The notes: generated from the sequence alone by a model not told the origin. Shown: positions 29,169 through 41,710, counted from the stretch's first letter. The stretch is DNA of 64,000 nt from Methanomassiliicoccales archaeon (GCA_040768245.1 JAXGNA010000004.1:42684-106683), one strand, 5' to 3'. Numbers and translations: made by a program.

Positions 29169-29352
29169 GATAACACCTTCCAGATGATGCCTTGCGGTTA
29201 ATGCGAGGCAAATATCGGTATGAACGGACAAAGTCCGAGGGAGATATAAATCCATGGCGTTGCGGCCATATCAAGATCCGATCCTACGGGTCCGACCGTT
29301 TGTTATCTGGTATCGAGAGATCAATTCTGGCCGCATTCTGGCTCATGATCTC

Positions 29353-29377
29353 TGTTTTGACCGGATTGGTCAAAACA
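29353..29377. promoter_or_regulatory. Perfect inverted repeat, candidate regulator site
   Basis: TGTTTTGACC-GGATT-GGTCAAAACA about 30 nt upstream of a TTTATA box. Confidence 0.55.
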
Positions 29378-29454
29378 TCCAGTATAAAAAAAGTCCGAAT
29401 AATTATTTATACAGATCATAGTGATTATTTGTAAAACCATTAGGAGAGTGAAAT

Positions 29455-29805
29455 ATGGCAGAATGGATTCTAGGATTGACATTGATATTTTCGGGTTTGA
29501 TACTGGCCATGGGCATCCTGACCAGCATTCCCGCTCTGGGCAAGTCATTGGAAAAATTAGCTAAGTGGCTGGGAAGGTTCCAGACCATCATCGGTATTGT
29601 CGCCATAATCCTGGCGATACTCTATTGGGGCAACCTGTTGTACAGCCTCGTTGCTGTGATCGCTGGCCTGGTACTTCTGGTCGGTATCCTCCCGAGCATT
29701 CCTGCTCTGGGTAAGTACCTTGAGAAGCTGGCCAAGTGGCTGGGCAGGTTCCAGACCATCATCGGCGTCGTCGCCATAATCGTCGGTATCCTGGCGATAC
29801 TCTAA
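29455..29805 (+). CDS. Small membrane protein made of a 57-aa tandem duplication
   Basis: AGGAGAG SD; SIPALGKxLEKLAKWLGRFQTIIG occurs twice. Confidence 0.82.
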   Translation: MAEWILGLTLIFSGLILAMGILTSIPALGKSLEKLAKWLGRFQTIIGIVAIILAILYWGNLLYSLVAVIAGLVLLVGILPSIPALGKYLEKLAKWLGRFQTIIGVVAIIVGILAIL

Positions 29806-29892
29806 ACGCAACGGGCCTCCGGGCCCAAAATCATTTTTTTCTTCCTTTTCAATCACTGTGGATGTTCCATTCGAGATGACGTTATTGAAAAA

Positions 29893-30002
29893 TGGTGCGA
29901 GGGACCGGATTCGAACCGGCGAACCTCTGCAGGAACAGATCTTGAGTCTGTCGCCTTTGGTCGGCGTTCCGCACGCCATTGACCGAGCTTGGCTACCCTC
30001 GC
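29893..30002 (-). tRNA. tRNA-Leu(CAA) with encoded CCA and a 22-nt D-loop intron (29957-29978)
   Basis: GCGAGGG/CCCTCGC acceptor, ACAGA-CTCAAGA-TCTGT anticodon arm, long variable arm, GGTTCGAATCC T-arm; D-loop too long by 22 nt with a BHB motif. Confidence 0.9.
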
Positions 30003-30046
30003 GTGAGGCCAGATAAAAGAGCCGACCTTAATAAATGTATTCGAGC

Positions 30047-30946
30047 TCAAGATGTGGTGATCTCGCCGTGCCCATTCCCGACCAGTATGGTGTGCTCGGC
30101 CTGGGAGACCATCCCCTGCTTGGTCTCGATGAGGACTGGGTAGGTGGATATCACTCCGTGCCTGTGCAGCGTCCTTAGTACAGGGCCGGAATTGGGCTGA
30201 AGGCGGTCGCACCAACGCTCGCAGAACGGAAGCGTGGTGAACTCCTGTTTGATCAGCTGGAACAGCCTATCGGCTTCCGGGTCCTTGAGCGGACGGTCCC
30301 TCAGCACCCGATAGATATTGCCCGAGCGGCCGTTGGAGACCTGCCCCTGGCCGTTGGTGGCGAACGGCTCTATGGCCAGTAACATGTTGCCACGCACCTT
30401 GGTCAGCGTCCCGTCGTCATAGTTCGGTATCGACAGCCCGGCGTGAAGGTTGTATCTCTTCATCTCGTGGCCGCTGAGGTTAACCACTGGATGGAATCCG
30501 GTCTCCTTGATGCTTCTCCCGACCACTCCGCCGATGGTGCCCACGGAGATCCCGTCCTGGGCCACCTCCAGGGCCTGCTGCAATGCCCTCTCGGAAGCTT
30601 GTATGAGCGATTGCCAGTTACGGGTCCCGACCTCCACGGTGGTGGCAGTGTCACCGAGCCAGCCATCCACCTGCGCACCGACGTCCAGTTTCACCAGGTC
30701 TCCTGCCTTGAAGACGACATCGTCATTGCTGTTGGGGGTGAAATGAGCGGCCATCGCGTTCAGGGAGATGTTGACCGGGAAGGCCAGTTTGCCCCCATGC
30801 TCCAGTATGTGCAATTCCATGCCCTCGGCCACATCGCGGAGCTTGATGCCTTCGGCAACCAGGGATCTGCCCAGCTCCCGGGCTTCAGCGGACAGGCGCC
30901 CGGCCTTGCGGATGCAATCCAGGGCGTGCTCATCTAACAAGTACAT
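30047..30946 (-). CDS. map: Methionine aminopeptidase type II
   Basis: AFPVNIS..AAHFTP, KLDVGAQVDG..GDTA, NLSGH, LHAG, AIEPF, SQAEHT. Confidence 0.94.
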   Translation of the reverse strand: MYLLDEHALDCIRKAGRLSAEARELGRSLVAEGIKLRDVAEGMELHILEHGGKLAFPVNISLNAMAAHFTPNSNDDVVFKAGDLVKLDVGAQVDGWLGDTATTVEVGTRNWQSLIQASERALQQALEVAQDGISVGTIGGVVGRSIKETGFHPVVNLSGHEMKRYNLHAGLSIPNYDDGTLTKVRGNMLLAIEPFATNGQGQVSNGRSGNIYRVLRDRPLKDPEADRLFQLIKQEFTTLPFCERWCDRLQPNSGPVLRTLHRHGVISTYPVLIETKQGMVSQAEHTILVGNGHGEITTS

Positions 30947-31571
30947 CTTCGATCTTCTCTTTAGGAATAGCGCCATAACGGATCACCTCTACGGTGCCAT
31001 CGATTATCTGGACGATGGTCGAAGGGGTGCCCACCTTGCACGGTCCGCCGTCCACGTAGGTGGCCACGCTCTGACCCAGGTCGGCTATGGCCTCCTCTAC
31101 GGTCACCGGGTTGGGATGGGAATGCACGTTGGCACTGGTGGAAACGATGGGGCCGAACTCCTCCAGCATGCGCAGGGCCACCGGATGGTCCGGAATTCTG
31201 ATGCCCACCTCGGGCAGGGAAGCGGTGACGATGTCGGGCAATACCGGGCGTTTTTTGACCAGCAGGGTGAGAGGTCCAGGCAGGAAAGCCTTGGCCAGCC
31301 GATAGGCGTTCTCGTCCAGCTCGGCCACGTGCTCGGCCACGCTGATGTCGTTCACGGCGATGGAGAGCGGCATGTCGAAAGGGCGCCTCTTGGCCAGGAA
31401 CACCCTCTTGACCGCGGTCTCGTCGAAGGGATCTGCGCCCAGACCGTATACGGTCTCGGTGGGGTAGACTACCAGCCTGCCGAAGCGCAGGGTGGACAGT
31501 ACGTGTTCCAGATCATGCTTGGACATGCCGACCTCGGCGCCCTTCCCCTCCTTGATCTTAATAATGTCCAT
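30930..31571 (-). CDS. tsaC: Threonylcarbamoyl-AMP synthase (TsaC/YrdC domain only)
   Basis: YPTETVYGLGA, KRRP, PGPLT, GIRIPDHP, STSAN, PSTIV. Confidence 0.92.
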   Translation of the reverse strand: MDIIKIKEGKGAEVGMSKHDLEHVLSTLRFGRLVVYPTETVYGLGADPFDETAVKRVFLAKRRPFDMPLSIAVNDISVAEHVAELDENAYRLAKAFLPGPLTLLVKKRPVLPDIVTASLPEVGIRIPDHPVALRMLEEFGPIVSTSANVHSHPNPVTVEEAIADLGQSVATYVDGGPCKVGTPSTIVQIIDGTVEVIRYGAIPKEKIEDVLVR

Positions 31572-32213
31572 TCAAGATTCTCCCAGATATTTTAACGCCT
31601 CTTCCAGTATCCCTGATGCTCCGCTCTGGCTTACATCGCCATGCCCAGGATATATTTCCTGGGGGGCCAGGGATAAAAGCTTTTTGACCGAACCCGCGAG
31701 CTGCTCGAAGTTGCCGCTCGGCAGGTCCCATCGTCCGATCCCTCCGACGAACACCGTGTCCCCTGGCAGAAGGACCTTGCTTTGTCTGTCGTACAGGGAT
31801 ATTCCGCCCGAGGTATGTCCTGGCGTATGGACGACCTCGTAGCTCGATTCTCCGGTGGTCAGGACCTGCCCGTCCCGCAGTTCGGTGACCTCCACCGGCT
31901 GGCTGTGTATCCCGAACATATATGACAGGGTCTGGCGCGGGTCCCCTTCCCTCACCGCGGGGGCGTCCAAGGGATGCATGAGCACCTCCGCGCCCAGCTC
32001 CCTGGCCAGTGCCGCTGCCCCACCGGTGTGATCGTAATGGCGGTGCGTCAGGACTATGCGGCGCACCTTATCCTTCTTTACAACGGATGACAGCCACTTG
32101 AGGATGTCCTGATGATGCATGCCGGTCCCGGCATCGACGAGGATCGGATCCTCACCGGTCAGAAGGTACACGTTGGAATCAAAGTCCATACCAGCGAGAC
32201 ATCTGACAGCCAT
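31572..32213 (-). CDS. MBL-fold metallo-hydrolase (glyoxalase II-like)
   Basis: THRHYDHTGG, HTPGHT, GDTVF..GIGRWDLP, YPGHG. Confidence 0.9.
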   Translation of the reverse strand: MAVRCLAGMDFDSNVYLLTGEDPILVDAGTGMHHQDILKWLSSVVKKDKVRRIVLTHRHYDHTGGAAALARELGAEVLMHPLDAPAVREGDPRQTLSYMFGIHSQPVEVTELRDGQVLTTGESSYEVVHTPGHTSGGISLYDRQSKVLLPGDTVFVGGIGRWDLPSGNFEQLAGSVKKLLSLAPQEIYPGHGDVSQSGASGILEEALKYLGES

Positions 32214-32332
32214 CAACTTTCGATAAAATATGGTCGTATTTAAACTTTTGAACATCAACATCCAGAATCATTTTCTCATCTGGTCGAACAAGTCAAATAT
32301 ATCTTGAAGGACCATAGATGAGCGGTGATGGG

Positions 32333-33460
32333 ATGAACCTATTGGAGAGCGAGGCAAAAACACTGTTCAGGCGGTATCGCATATCCACCCCCAGAGGCCT
32401 GTTCTTTCCGGACATGAACGGGATCGCTGGCTCTCTGGACAATCTGAGGTTCCCGCTCATGGTGAAGGCCCAGACCACGGTCGGGGGCCGGGGCAAGGCC
32501 GGAGGGATACGCACAGCGCTGCATGGGCAGGAAGCACTGGAGGCCTGTGAAAGAATTCTGGGAATGCATGTTTCCGGAAGCAAGGTGCACGGAGTGCTGC
32601 TGGAGGAGATGATAGACGCGTCCCGGGAGATCTATCTGGCCATCACCATTGATCAACCATCCCGCTGTCCGCTGCTCCTGGCCGGATCCGCAGGCGGCAT
32701 GGACGTGGAGAACATGCCATCCCACACCATGAGAAGGTGGAACATCGATCCCCTGGAACCGTTCCCAGAGGAGGTCCTGGACCAAGCCTCGCATTTCCTT
32801 CTGCGAGGGGACCAGGGGTCAAAGGAGGTACGCTCGACCATTGAGGCCATGTGGAGATTGTTCAAGAACATGGACTGCGAACTGGTAGAGATCAATCCCC
32901 TTATGATAACCGATTCCGGCAAGGCCATCGCCGCGGACGCCAAGGTCTCGATCGATGACGACGCTCTGTCCCGGCACACCGAGTTCCTCGACCGGTATGG
33001 ACGTGACCTCACCGAACTGGAGCGACTGGCCAGGGACAAGGGGTTCAACCTGGTCGAACTTCCCGGCGATATCGGGGTGCTGGCCAACGGGGCCGGCCTG
33101 ACCATGGCCGCACTGGACACCTTGCAGAGGTACGGAGGAAGGGGAGGGACGTTCCTGGACCTGGGGGGAACGGACGATCCGAACCGTGTATCGGAGGCCC
33201 TGGGCCTGCTCAGCTATGACCTGGCCAGAGGGAGGATAAGGTCCCTGTTGGTCTGCATATTCGGGGGAATAACCAAATGTGACACGGTGGCCGATGCGAT
33301 GATGCATACCATCACCGACAGGAACGTCAAGGCCCGGACCGTGGTCAGGCTTCGCGGGAACAACGAGGACGAAGCGGCCCAGATGCTCCGCCTGGCCAAT
33401 TTCAATGTCCATATCGACCTGGATGATGCCTGCCTGCAAGCAGTGAAGGTGAGAGAATGA
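32333..33460 (+). CDS. sucC: Succinyl-CoA synthetase-like beta subunit (ADP-forming)
   Basis: MNLLESEAK, VKAQ...GGRGKAGG, EINPL, DAK..IDD.A, NGAGLTM, FLDLGG. Confidence 0.87.
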   Translation: MNLLESEAKTLFRRYRISTPRGLFFPDMNGIAGSLDNLRFPLMVKAQTTVGGRGKAGGIRTALHGQEALEACERILGMHVSGSKVHGVLLEEMIDASREIYLAITIDQPSRCPLLLAGSAGGMDVENMPSHTMRRWNIDPLEPFPEEVLDQASHFLLRGDQGSKEVRSTIEAMWRLFKNMDCELVEINPLMITDSGKAIAADAKVSIDDDALSRHTEFLDRYGRDLTELERLARDKGFNLVELPGDIGVLANGAGLTMAALDTLQRYGGRGGTFLDLGGTDDPNRVSEALGLLSYDLARGRIRSLLVCIFGGITKCDTVADAMMHTITDRNVKARTVVRLRGNNEDEAAQMLRLANFNVHIDLDDACLQAVKVRE

Positions 33461-34329
33461 AAGGCGATGCCCTTCTCAGAGAGCACAAGCTTCTGGTCCA
33501 AGGGATCACCGGACGGCAGGGCGGCCATCACACGGGCCAGATGCTGGAATATGGAACCAAGGTGGTGGCAGGGGTCACCCCTGGCAAAGGTGGGGCGTTC
33601 GTTCATGGTGTTCCGGTCTTCAGCGATGTCCAGAAGGCCGTCGAACGTACCGGGGCGACGGCCAGCGTTCTCTTCGTCCCGGCTGCGAACCTCAAACAGG
33701 CGGCGGTGGAGGGCATTGAGGCCGGCCTGGAGGCCATGGTGATCATAACCGAACGTACCCCCATACACGACGCGATGCATGTACTGGCACTTGCCAGGAG
33801 GAACGGCGTGGCCATATTGGGACCGAACTGTCCCGGTCTTTGCTTGGTTGGGGACAGCAAGGTCGGCATCATGCCTAACCGGATATTCCGAAAGGGCGAT
33901 CTGGCAGTGATCTCGCGCAGCGGGACACTGACCTATGAGGTGGTGCAGGCGCTGAGCTCTGCCAATCTGGGCCAGAGCGTCGTACTTGGTCTGGGCGGGG
34001 ATAGATTGCTGGGGACCGACATGCGCGAGGCGGTGGAGATGGTCCTTGAGAAAGGGCCGTCCGGAGTGGTCATGATCGGCGAGATCGGCGGCCAGATGGA
34101 AGAGGAGGCCTCCCTTCTGATCAAGGAGCTGGGCACGGAGAACGTCTTCGCCTATGTGGCCGGGGTGTCCGCACCGCCGGCCCGACGAATGGGGCACGCC
34201 GGGGCGATCGTGGCCAGAGGGTCCGGTGGAGCCTGGGATAAGATAAGAGCGTTGGAGGATTCAGGGGTGGCCGTGGGCAGGTCGCTGGGAGACCTGGTGG
34301 GACTGATATCCAAACGATTCAGCGTGTGA
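33457..34329 (+). CDS. sucD: Succinyl-CoA synthetase-like alpha subunit
   Basis: VQGITG, GVTPGKGG, GPNCPG, SRSGTLTYE, IGEIGG, RMGHAGA phospho-His. Confidence 0.9.
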   Translation: MKGDALLREHKLLVQGITGRQGGHHTGQMLEYGTKVVAGVTPGKGGAFVHGVPVFSDVQKAVERTGATASVLFVPAANLKQAAVEGIEAGLEAMVIITERTPIHDAMHVLALARRNGVAILGPNCPGLCLVGDSKVGIMPNRIFRKGDLAVISRSGTLTYEVVQALSSANLGQSVVLGLGGDRLLGTDMREAVEMVLEKGPSGVVMIGEIGGQMEEEASLLIKELGTENVFAYVAGVSAPPARRMGHAGAIVARGSGGAWDKIRALEDSGVAVGRSLGDLVGLISKRFSV

Positions 34330-34457
34330 GGTCCTCCTTTTTGTGTAATATACATAGTATAGGGAGGGCAGAAAACCTTATGAGGAGAGAGTGCGTAGTA
34401 AATGAACACCGGCGAGAACGGTGGTAGCAACCTACAACTGGCTGCGATAAGAAACCG

Positions 34458-34552
34458 TTATATAATGGAACTGTAGTAGCCGGTTCCACTCGCGAAGTAG
34501 GCGAGTGGGAGCATGAACATACGGAAATCCCGTATGGGTAATGCTTAAATAT
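34458..34552 (+). promoter_or_regulatory. Tandem rRNA promoters
   Basis: TTATATAA at 34458-34465 preceded by purine-rich BRE-like AAGAAA, and TTAAATAT at 34545-34552. Confidence 0.55.
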
Positions 34553-34707
34553 ACCCTCAATTATTGGGGGACTCACGCGTTCCAGCCATGTGCTGGGGCG
34601 AAGTGAGAAGTGCTCATGCACCCGGAGAGCGACCCTCTTCGGGGAAGTGGAGGAGGATCCTCGGGGAAATTGGAAGAGGTCCCGAGGAGTTCGTTGATAC
34701 CAATCAT

Positions 34708-37698
<2,991 letters not shown>

Positions 37699-37792
37699 GT
37701 GTACCCTCTTCCAGGGCCTTTATCTTAGCATTTCTTCAGGTGGAATTTTGTTGCGTATGATTTTGTCATCAGCGTAAGCTTCGCGTTTTTGA

Positions 37793-38200
37793 TCAATAGG
37801 AGAAAACGGTGTTGGACGCCGTGGGGAGCTTGTCCCGGATCTCCTTTAGGTATGGATAGAACACCCTCATCTCGTCCTCCTTCTCCGGCTCCCGGCCGAT
37901 GATGCAGGAAACGACCTTCACCTCAAGCTTGCCGATGATCTTCCAGTAGCCATCGCCATACGAGGTGTCCGTCATGATCAGGATGGGCAACTTAAGTCGG
38001 GAGGACTCATCGTCGTCCAGGAACCCCGAGAGGAACTCCAGCTCCTCCCGGCCTAACCTATACCGCCTTCCGTCCTTACCTTCGTAAGAAGGATCGGGGT
38101 CCTCGAGCAGCTGCTTCAAGGACCTTCTCTTTGCGGGCACGTGCTGGTTCATGTTGGAGAACAGCCTCTGCATGGCCCGTTCGTTGAAGATATCGCTCAT
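37793..38200 (-). CDS. DUF61/UPF0216 family protein
   Basis: MNQHVPAKRRSLKQLLE...GKDG....EELE.L...LKLPI. Confidence 0.75.
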   Translation of the reverse strand: MSDIFNERAMQRLFSNMNQHVPAKRRSLKQLLEDPDPSYEGKDGRRYRLGREELEFLSGFLDDDESSRLKLPILIMTDTSYGDGYWKIIGKLEVKVVSCIIGREPEKEDEMRVFYPYLKEIRDKLPTASNTVFSY

Positions 38201-38328
38201 TTTCCTGTGTTTCACGATCGCCCCGGAATAAAACATTTTCTCCAGGTCGCCCCTGCCGGGATAATCTATAACTACGATTTGCTGGATATTCAAACGGCGA
38301 TGATAGACCGTTCTGTAGGAGGGTTGCG

Positions 38329-39606
38329 ATGAGCGAGATCCCGCTCTATGTCCAGGAGATGCTGAAAACTCATCCCTGCTATAACGAGAAGGCCCACAAG
38401 AGCTTCGCCCGCATGCATCTGCCCATAGCTCCCAGATGCAATATCCAATGCAATTACTGCAACCGGAAGTACGATTGCATGAACGAGTCGCGGCCGGGGG
38501 TGACCAGCGAGGTGCTCTCCCCCGAGGACGCGGTGTACAAGATAAGGATCGTAAAGGAAAAGATCCCTCAGCTCAGCGTGATCGGGATCGCTGGCCCGGG
38601 GGACCCATTGGCCAACGAGGAGACCTTCACCACCTTGGAGATGGTGAGGAAAGAGTTCCCGGAACTGACCCTCTGCCTGAGCACCAACGGCCTCAATCTC
38701 CCTCGATCGGTAGAGCGACTGAAGGCCTTGGGCGTGAAGTTCGTCACCGTGACCATCAACGCAGTGGACCCTGAGATTGGGGCCAAGATGTACGATTTTG
38801 TCATCTGGGACGGCAAGGTCCTGCGTGGCAGGGACGCTGCGGACCGCCTGCTCAGGAACCAGCTTGAAGGTATCAAAAGATGCACCGACGCCGGGATCCT
38901 GGTAAAGGCCAACATCGTGATGGTGCCCACGGTGAACGCGGACCATATCCCGGAGATCGCCAAGAAGGTCAAGGAGCTCGGGGCATACATCGTGAACATC
39001 ATTCCGCTCATCCCGGTGCCAGGCACCAAGTTCGAGAAGATGTCCGCGCCCACCCCGGAACAACGCAAGATGCTGCAGGACCTGTGTGAAGGTGATATAA
39101 GACAGATGCGTCATTGCCGTTTCTGCCGGGCTGATGCCATAGGTATGCTGGACAATGACCGTTCGGCGGAGTTCGCGCATATAACCTGTGGTGCTCGGGA
39201 GGCACCCGAGGGAGGACCGGTGGGGATACAGATGGAGGGGGCGACCAAGCACCGGGTGGCGGTGGCCACTTCGGACGGAAGGAGCGTCGACCAGCACTTC
39301 GGCCAGACCAGGGAGTTCTGGCTTTTCGACGTGCAGGAGGGCAAACTGACCCCGGCCGGAAAGGTACGTACCGATCCGTTCCTGGAGGAATCGATGTTCG
39401 GCCCCAGGCACAGGAGCAAGATCGAAGGTATGGTGACTGCACTGGCCGGCTCGGACATAGTGCTCACCTCCGGTTTCGGGGGAAGGGCGGAGGCGGAGAT
39501 CAGGGCGCGAGGAATGCACCCTTACAAGGGCGAGGGCGACCTGGAGCAGGCGGTCCTCTGCGCGGTGAGGGACCTTTTCGAGAAGCGGGCCGAGGTCTTC
39601 GAGTGA
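38329..39606 (+). CDS. nifB: NifB radical SAM protein with C-terminal NifX-like domain
   Basis: HPCY...ARMHLPIAPRCNIQCNYCNRKYDCMNESRPG, GIAGPGDPLAN, QMRHCRFCRADA, VAVAT...VDQHFG. Confidence 0.92.
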   Translation: MSEIPLYVQEMLKTHPCYNEKAHKSFARMHLPIAPRCNIQCNYCNRKYDCMNESRPGVTSEVLSPEDAVYKIRIVKEKIPQLSVIGIAGPGDPLANEETFTTLEMVRKEFPELTLCLSTNGLNLPRSVERLKALGVKFVTVTINAVDPEIGAKMYDFVIWDGKVLRGRDAADRLLRNQLEGIKRCTDAGILVKANIVMVPTVNADHIPEIAKKVKELGAYIVNIIPLIPVPGTKFEKMSAPTPEQRKMLQDLCEGDIRQMRHCRFCRADAIGMLDNDRSAEFAHITCGAREAPEGGPVGIQMEGATKHRVAVATSDGRSVDQHFGQTREFWLFDVQEGKLTPAGKVRTDPFLEESMFGPRHRSKIEGMVTALAGSDIVLTSGFGGRAEAEIRARGMHPYKGEGDLEQAVLCAVRDLFEKRAEVFE

Positions 39607-39610
39607 TGAC

Positions 39611-41188
39611 ATGAAAGCGTCCAGGTTGCTGGTGGAATGCTTGAAGGCCGAGGGTGTGGAACGGGTGTTCGGCATCCCTGGAGAAGAGAACCTGGACGTC
39701 ATGGACGATATCCATTCGGCAGGCATGGAGTTCGTTCTCGTCCGTCATGAGCAGGCCGCGGCGTTCATGGCCGCCACGGTCGGGCGGCTGACCGGAAGCC
39801 CGGGGGTCTGCCTGAGCACCCTGGGGCCGGGCGCCACCAACCTGGTCAGCGGGGTCGCCGACGCCTTCCTGAGCAACCTGCCGATGGTGGCCCTGGTGGC
39901 CCAGGCCGGAGCGGCTCGCCGGGATCCCCCACAGAAGCAGGTCATCGACCTGCTGGCACTTTTCCGTCCGATAACCAAAAAAGCTATGGACTTAGGCGGT
40001 CCCGATGAAGTTCCCAGGTCCGTGCGGAAGGCGTTCAGGGTCGCCTCGGCGGAGAGGAGCGGCCCGGTCATGCTTCAGTTGCCCGAGGACGTCATGAAGA
40101 AGGACGCCTCAGGAACTCCGTCCCCGCCTTCGTTAAGGAGAGTCAAGAAGGCCACGGACAGAGAGCTGGCCATCATCCATGATATCCTTTCATCGTCGAA
40201 GCGGCCACTGGTCATAGCTGGTCATGGGGTGCTACGAGAGAACGCCGGGAAGGCGCTCATCGACCTCTGCGACGCCTGGAACCTGCCGGTCGGATGCACC
40301 TGGATGGCGGCCGGTACGGTGCCTATCGATCATCATCTTAGCTTGGGCACCATCGGCATGCGCAATAGCGATCTGGTGAAGGGATCCTACGATGAAGCGG
40401 ACGCCGTACTGCTGGTGGGGTTTGACTCCACCGAGTTCCAGCCCCAGTATTGGAATCGCGGACGCGTGAAGCGCATCGCCCATCTGGGGAGCTCGAAGCC
40501 CATCCCCTGCCGGAACCTGGAGCTGGAATCGATCGCCCTGGGCGATATCTCCGATTCATTGGGACGATTGTCGTTGAACGCGGTCCGAAGGAAGACCTGG
40601 CATCACAATCTTCGCCAGAAGCTTTTGGACGACCTCTTCATCGAGGCCGTTGGACCCAAGGCCCTGGTACAGGCGATGCGCCGCTGCCTGGGAAAGGACG
40701 ACATAATGGTGAGCGATGTGGGGGCCCACCTGATCTGGCTGGCCAAGTATTATCCGGTATACGGGCCCAACACGCTACTGTTGCAGAACGGCCTGATACC
40801 CATGGGCATAGCCATACCTTCGGCCATCGCCGCCAAGATGGTCCATCCAGAACGACACGTCTGCGCAACGGTGGGTGACGGCGGGTTCATGATGTCCTCG
40901 GCGGAGCTGGAGACGGCCAAGCGACTGGGGATCAACTTCGTCACGGTCATATTCAACGATAACGGGCTCGGCCTGATCCGGGAGAAGATGTCCCGTCAGA
41001 TGGGCAGAAGCTCGAACGTGGACCTCAGCAATCCTGACATCCCGACCTACGCCCGCTCCTTCGGGGCGGAGGGGTATTCCGTGGACGGTAAGGAGTTCGA
41101 ACCGGTCCTGCAAGACTGCTTGGACCGGGACGCCCTGGCGGTGATCGACGTCAAGGTCGATTATTCCTGCAACCGAACCCTCTTCTGA
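39611..41188 (+). CDS. Acetolactate synthase-like ThDP enzyme
   Basis: FGIPGEENL, RHEQAAAFMA, TLGPGATN, SDVGAH, GDGGFMM...N ThDP motif. Confidence 0.87.
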   Translation: MKASRLLVECLKAEGVERVFGIPGEENLDVMDDIHSAGMEFVLVRHEQAAAFMAATVGRLTGSPGVCLSTLGPGATNLVSGVADAFLSNLPMVALVAQAGAARRDPPQKQVIDLLALFRPITKKAMDLGGPDEVPRSVRKAFRVASAERSGPVMLQLPEDVMKKDASGTPSPPSLRRVKKATDRELAIIHDILSSSKRPLVIAGHGVLRENAGKALIDLCDAWNLPVGCTWMAAGTVPIDHHLSLGTIGMRNSDLVKGSYDEADAVLLVGFDSTEFQPQYWNRGRVKRIAHLGSSKPIPCRNLELESIALGDISDSLGRLSLNAVRRKTWHHNLRQKLLDDLFIEAVGPKALVQAMRRCLGKDDIMVSDVGAHLIWLAKYYPVYGPNTLLLQNGLIPMGIAIPSAIAAKMVHPERHVCATVGDGGFMMSSAELETAKRLGINFVTVIFNDNGLGLIREKMSRQMGRSSNVDLSNPDIPTYARSFGAEGYSVDGKEFEPVLQDCLDRDALAVIDVKVDYSCNRTLF

Positions 41189-41233
41189 TGCAGGATTAAA
41201 TATCCGAGGCTGCCTTCAAAGTCGGAGGAGTCC

Positions 41234-41710
41234 ATGACGCTCAAGAAAGCAACTTTCGCCGCCGGATGCTTCTGGGGAGTGGAGGCGACTTTCGCGAAGG
41301 TCGGAGGAGTGGTGCAGACCGAGGTCGGGTTCATGGGCGGACATACCGAGTCGCCATCTTATCGCGAGGTGTGCACGGACCGCACCGGGCACGCCGAGGT
41401 GGTGCACCTGACCTATGATGATTCTATCGTCAGCTACGAACATCTGCTGGACGTGTTCTGGAGTTCCCACGATCCCACCCAGAAGAACCGCCAGGGACCG
41501 GACGTGGGCACCCAGTATCGTACGGTCATATTCTATCATGACGAGGAGCAGCGCTCCGCCGCCGAGAGATCCAAAACGGCCATGGACGCCAGCGGTAGGT
41601 TCAAGCGGCCCATAGCCACATCGGTGGAGGGGGCCGGGCCGTTCTGGAAGGCGGAGGAATATCACCAGAAGTACCTCCAGAAGAAAGGACTGGACACCTG
41701 CCACATATGA
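41234..41710 (+). CDS. msrA: Peptide methionine sulfoxide reductase A
   Basis: GCFWGVE, TGHAE, HDPT..NRQG.D.GTQYR, AEEYHQKY. Confidence 0.95.
   Translation: MTLKKATFAAGCFWGVEATFAKVGGVVQTEVGFMGGHTESPSYREVCTDRTGHAEVVHLTYDDSIVSYEHLLDVFWSSHDPTQKNRQGPDVGTQYRTVIFYHDEEQRSAAERSKTAMDASGRFKRPIATSVEGAGPFWKAEEYHQKYLQKKGLDTCHI

Noticed and set aside
29200..29900. Integrated element at the tRNA-Leu 3' end (AT-rich patch)
   Set aside because: No integrase and only a 7-nt match (TGCGAGG) to the tRNA end, too short for an att site
38290..38315. GGCGATG hairpin upstream of nifB resembling a fluoride riboswitch start
   Set aside because: The rest of the riboswitch consensus and pseudoknot partner are missing, and the gene context does not fit
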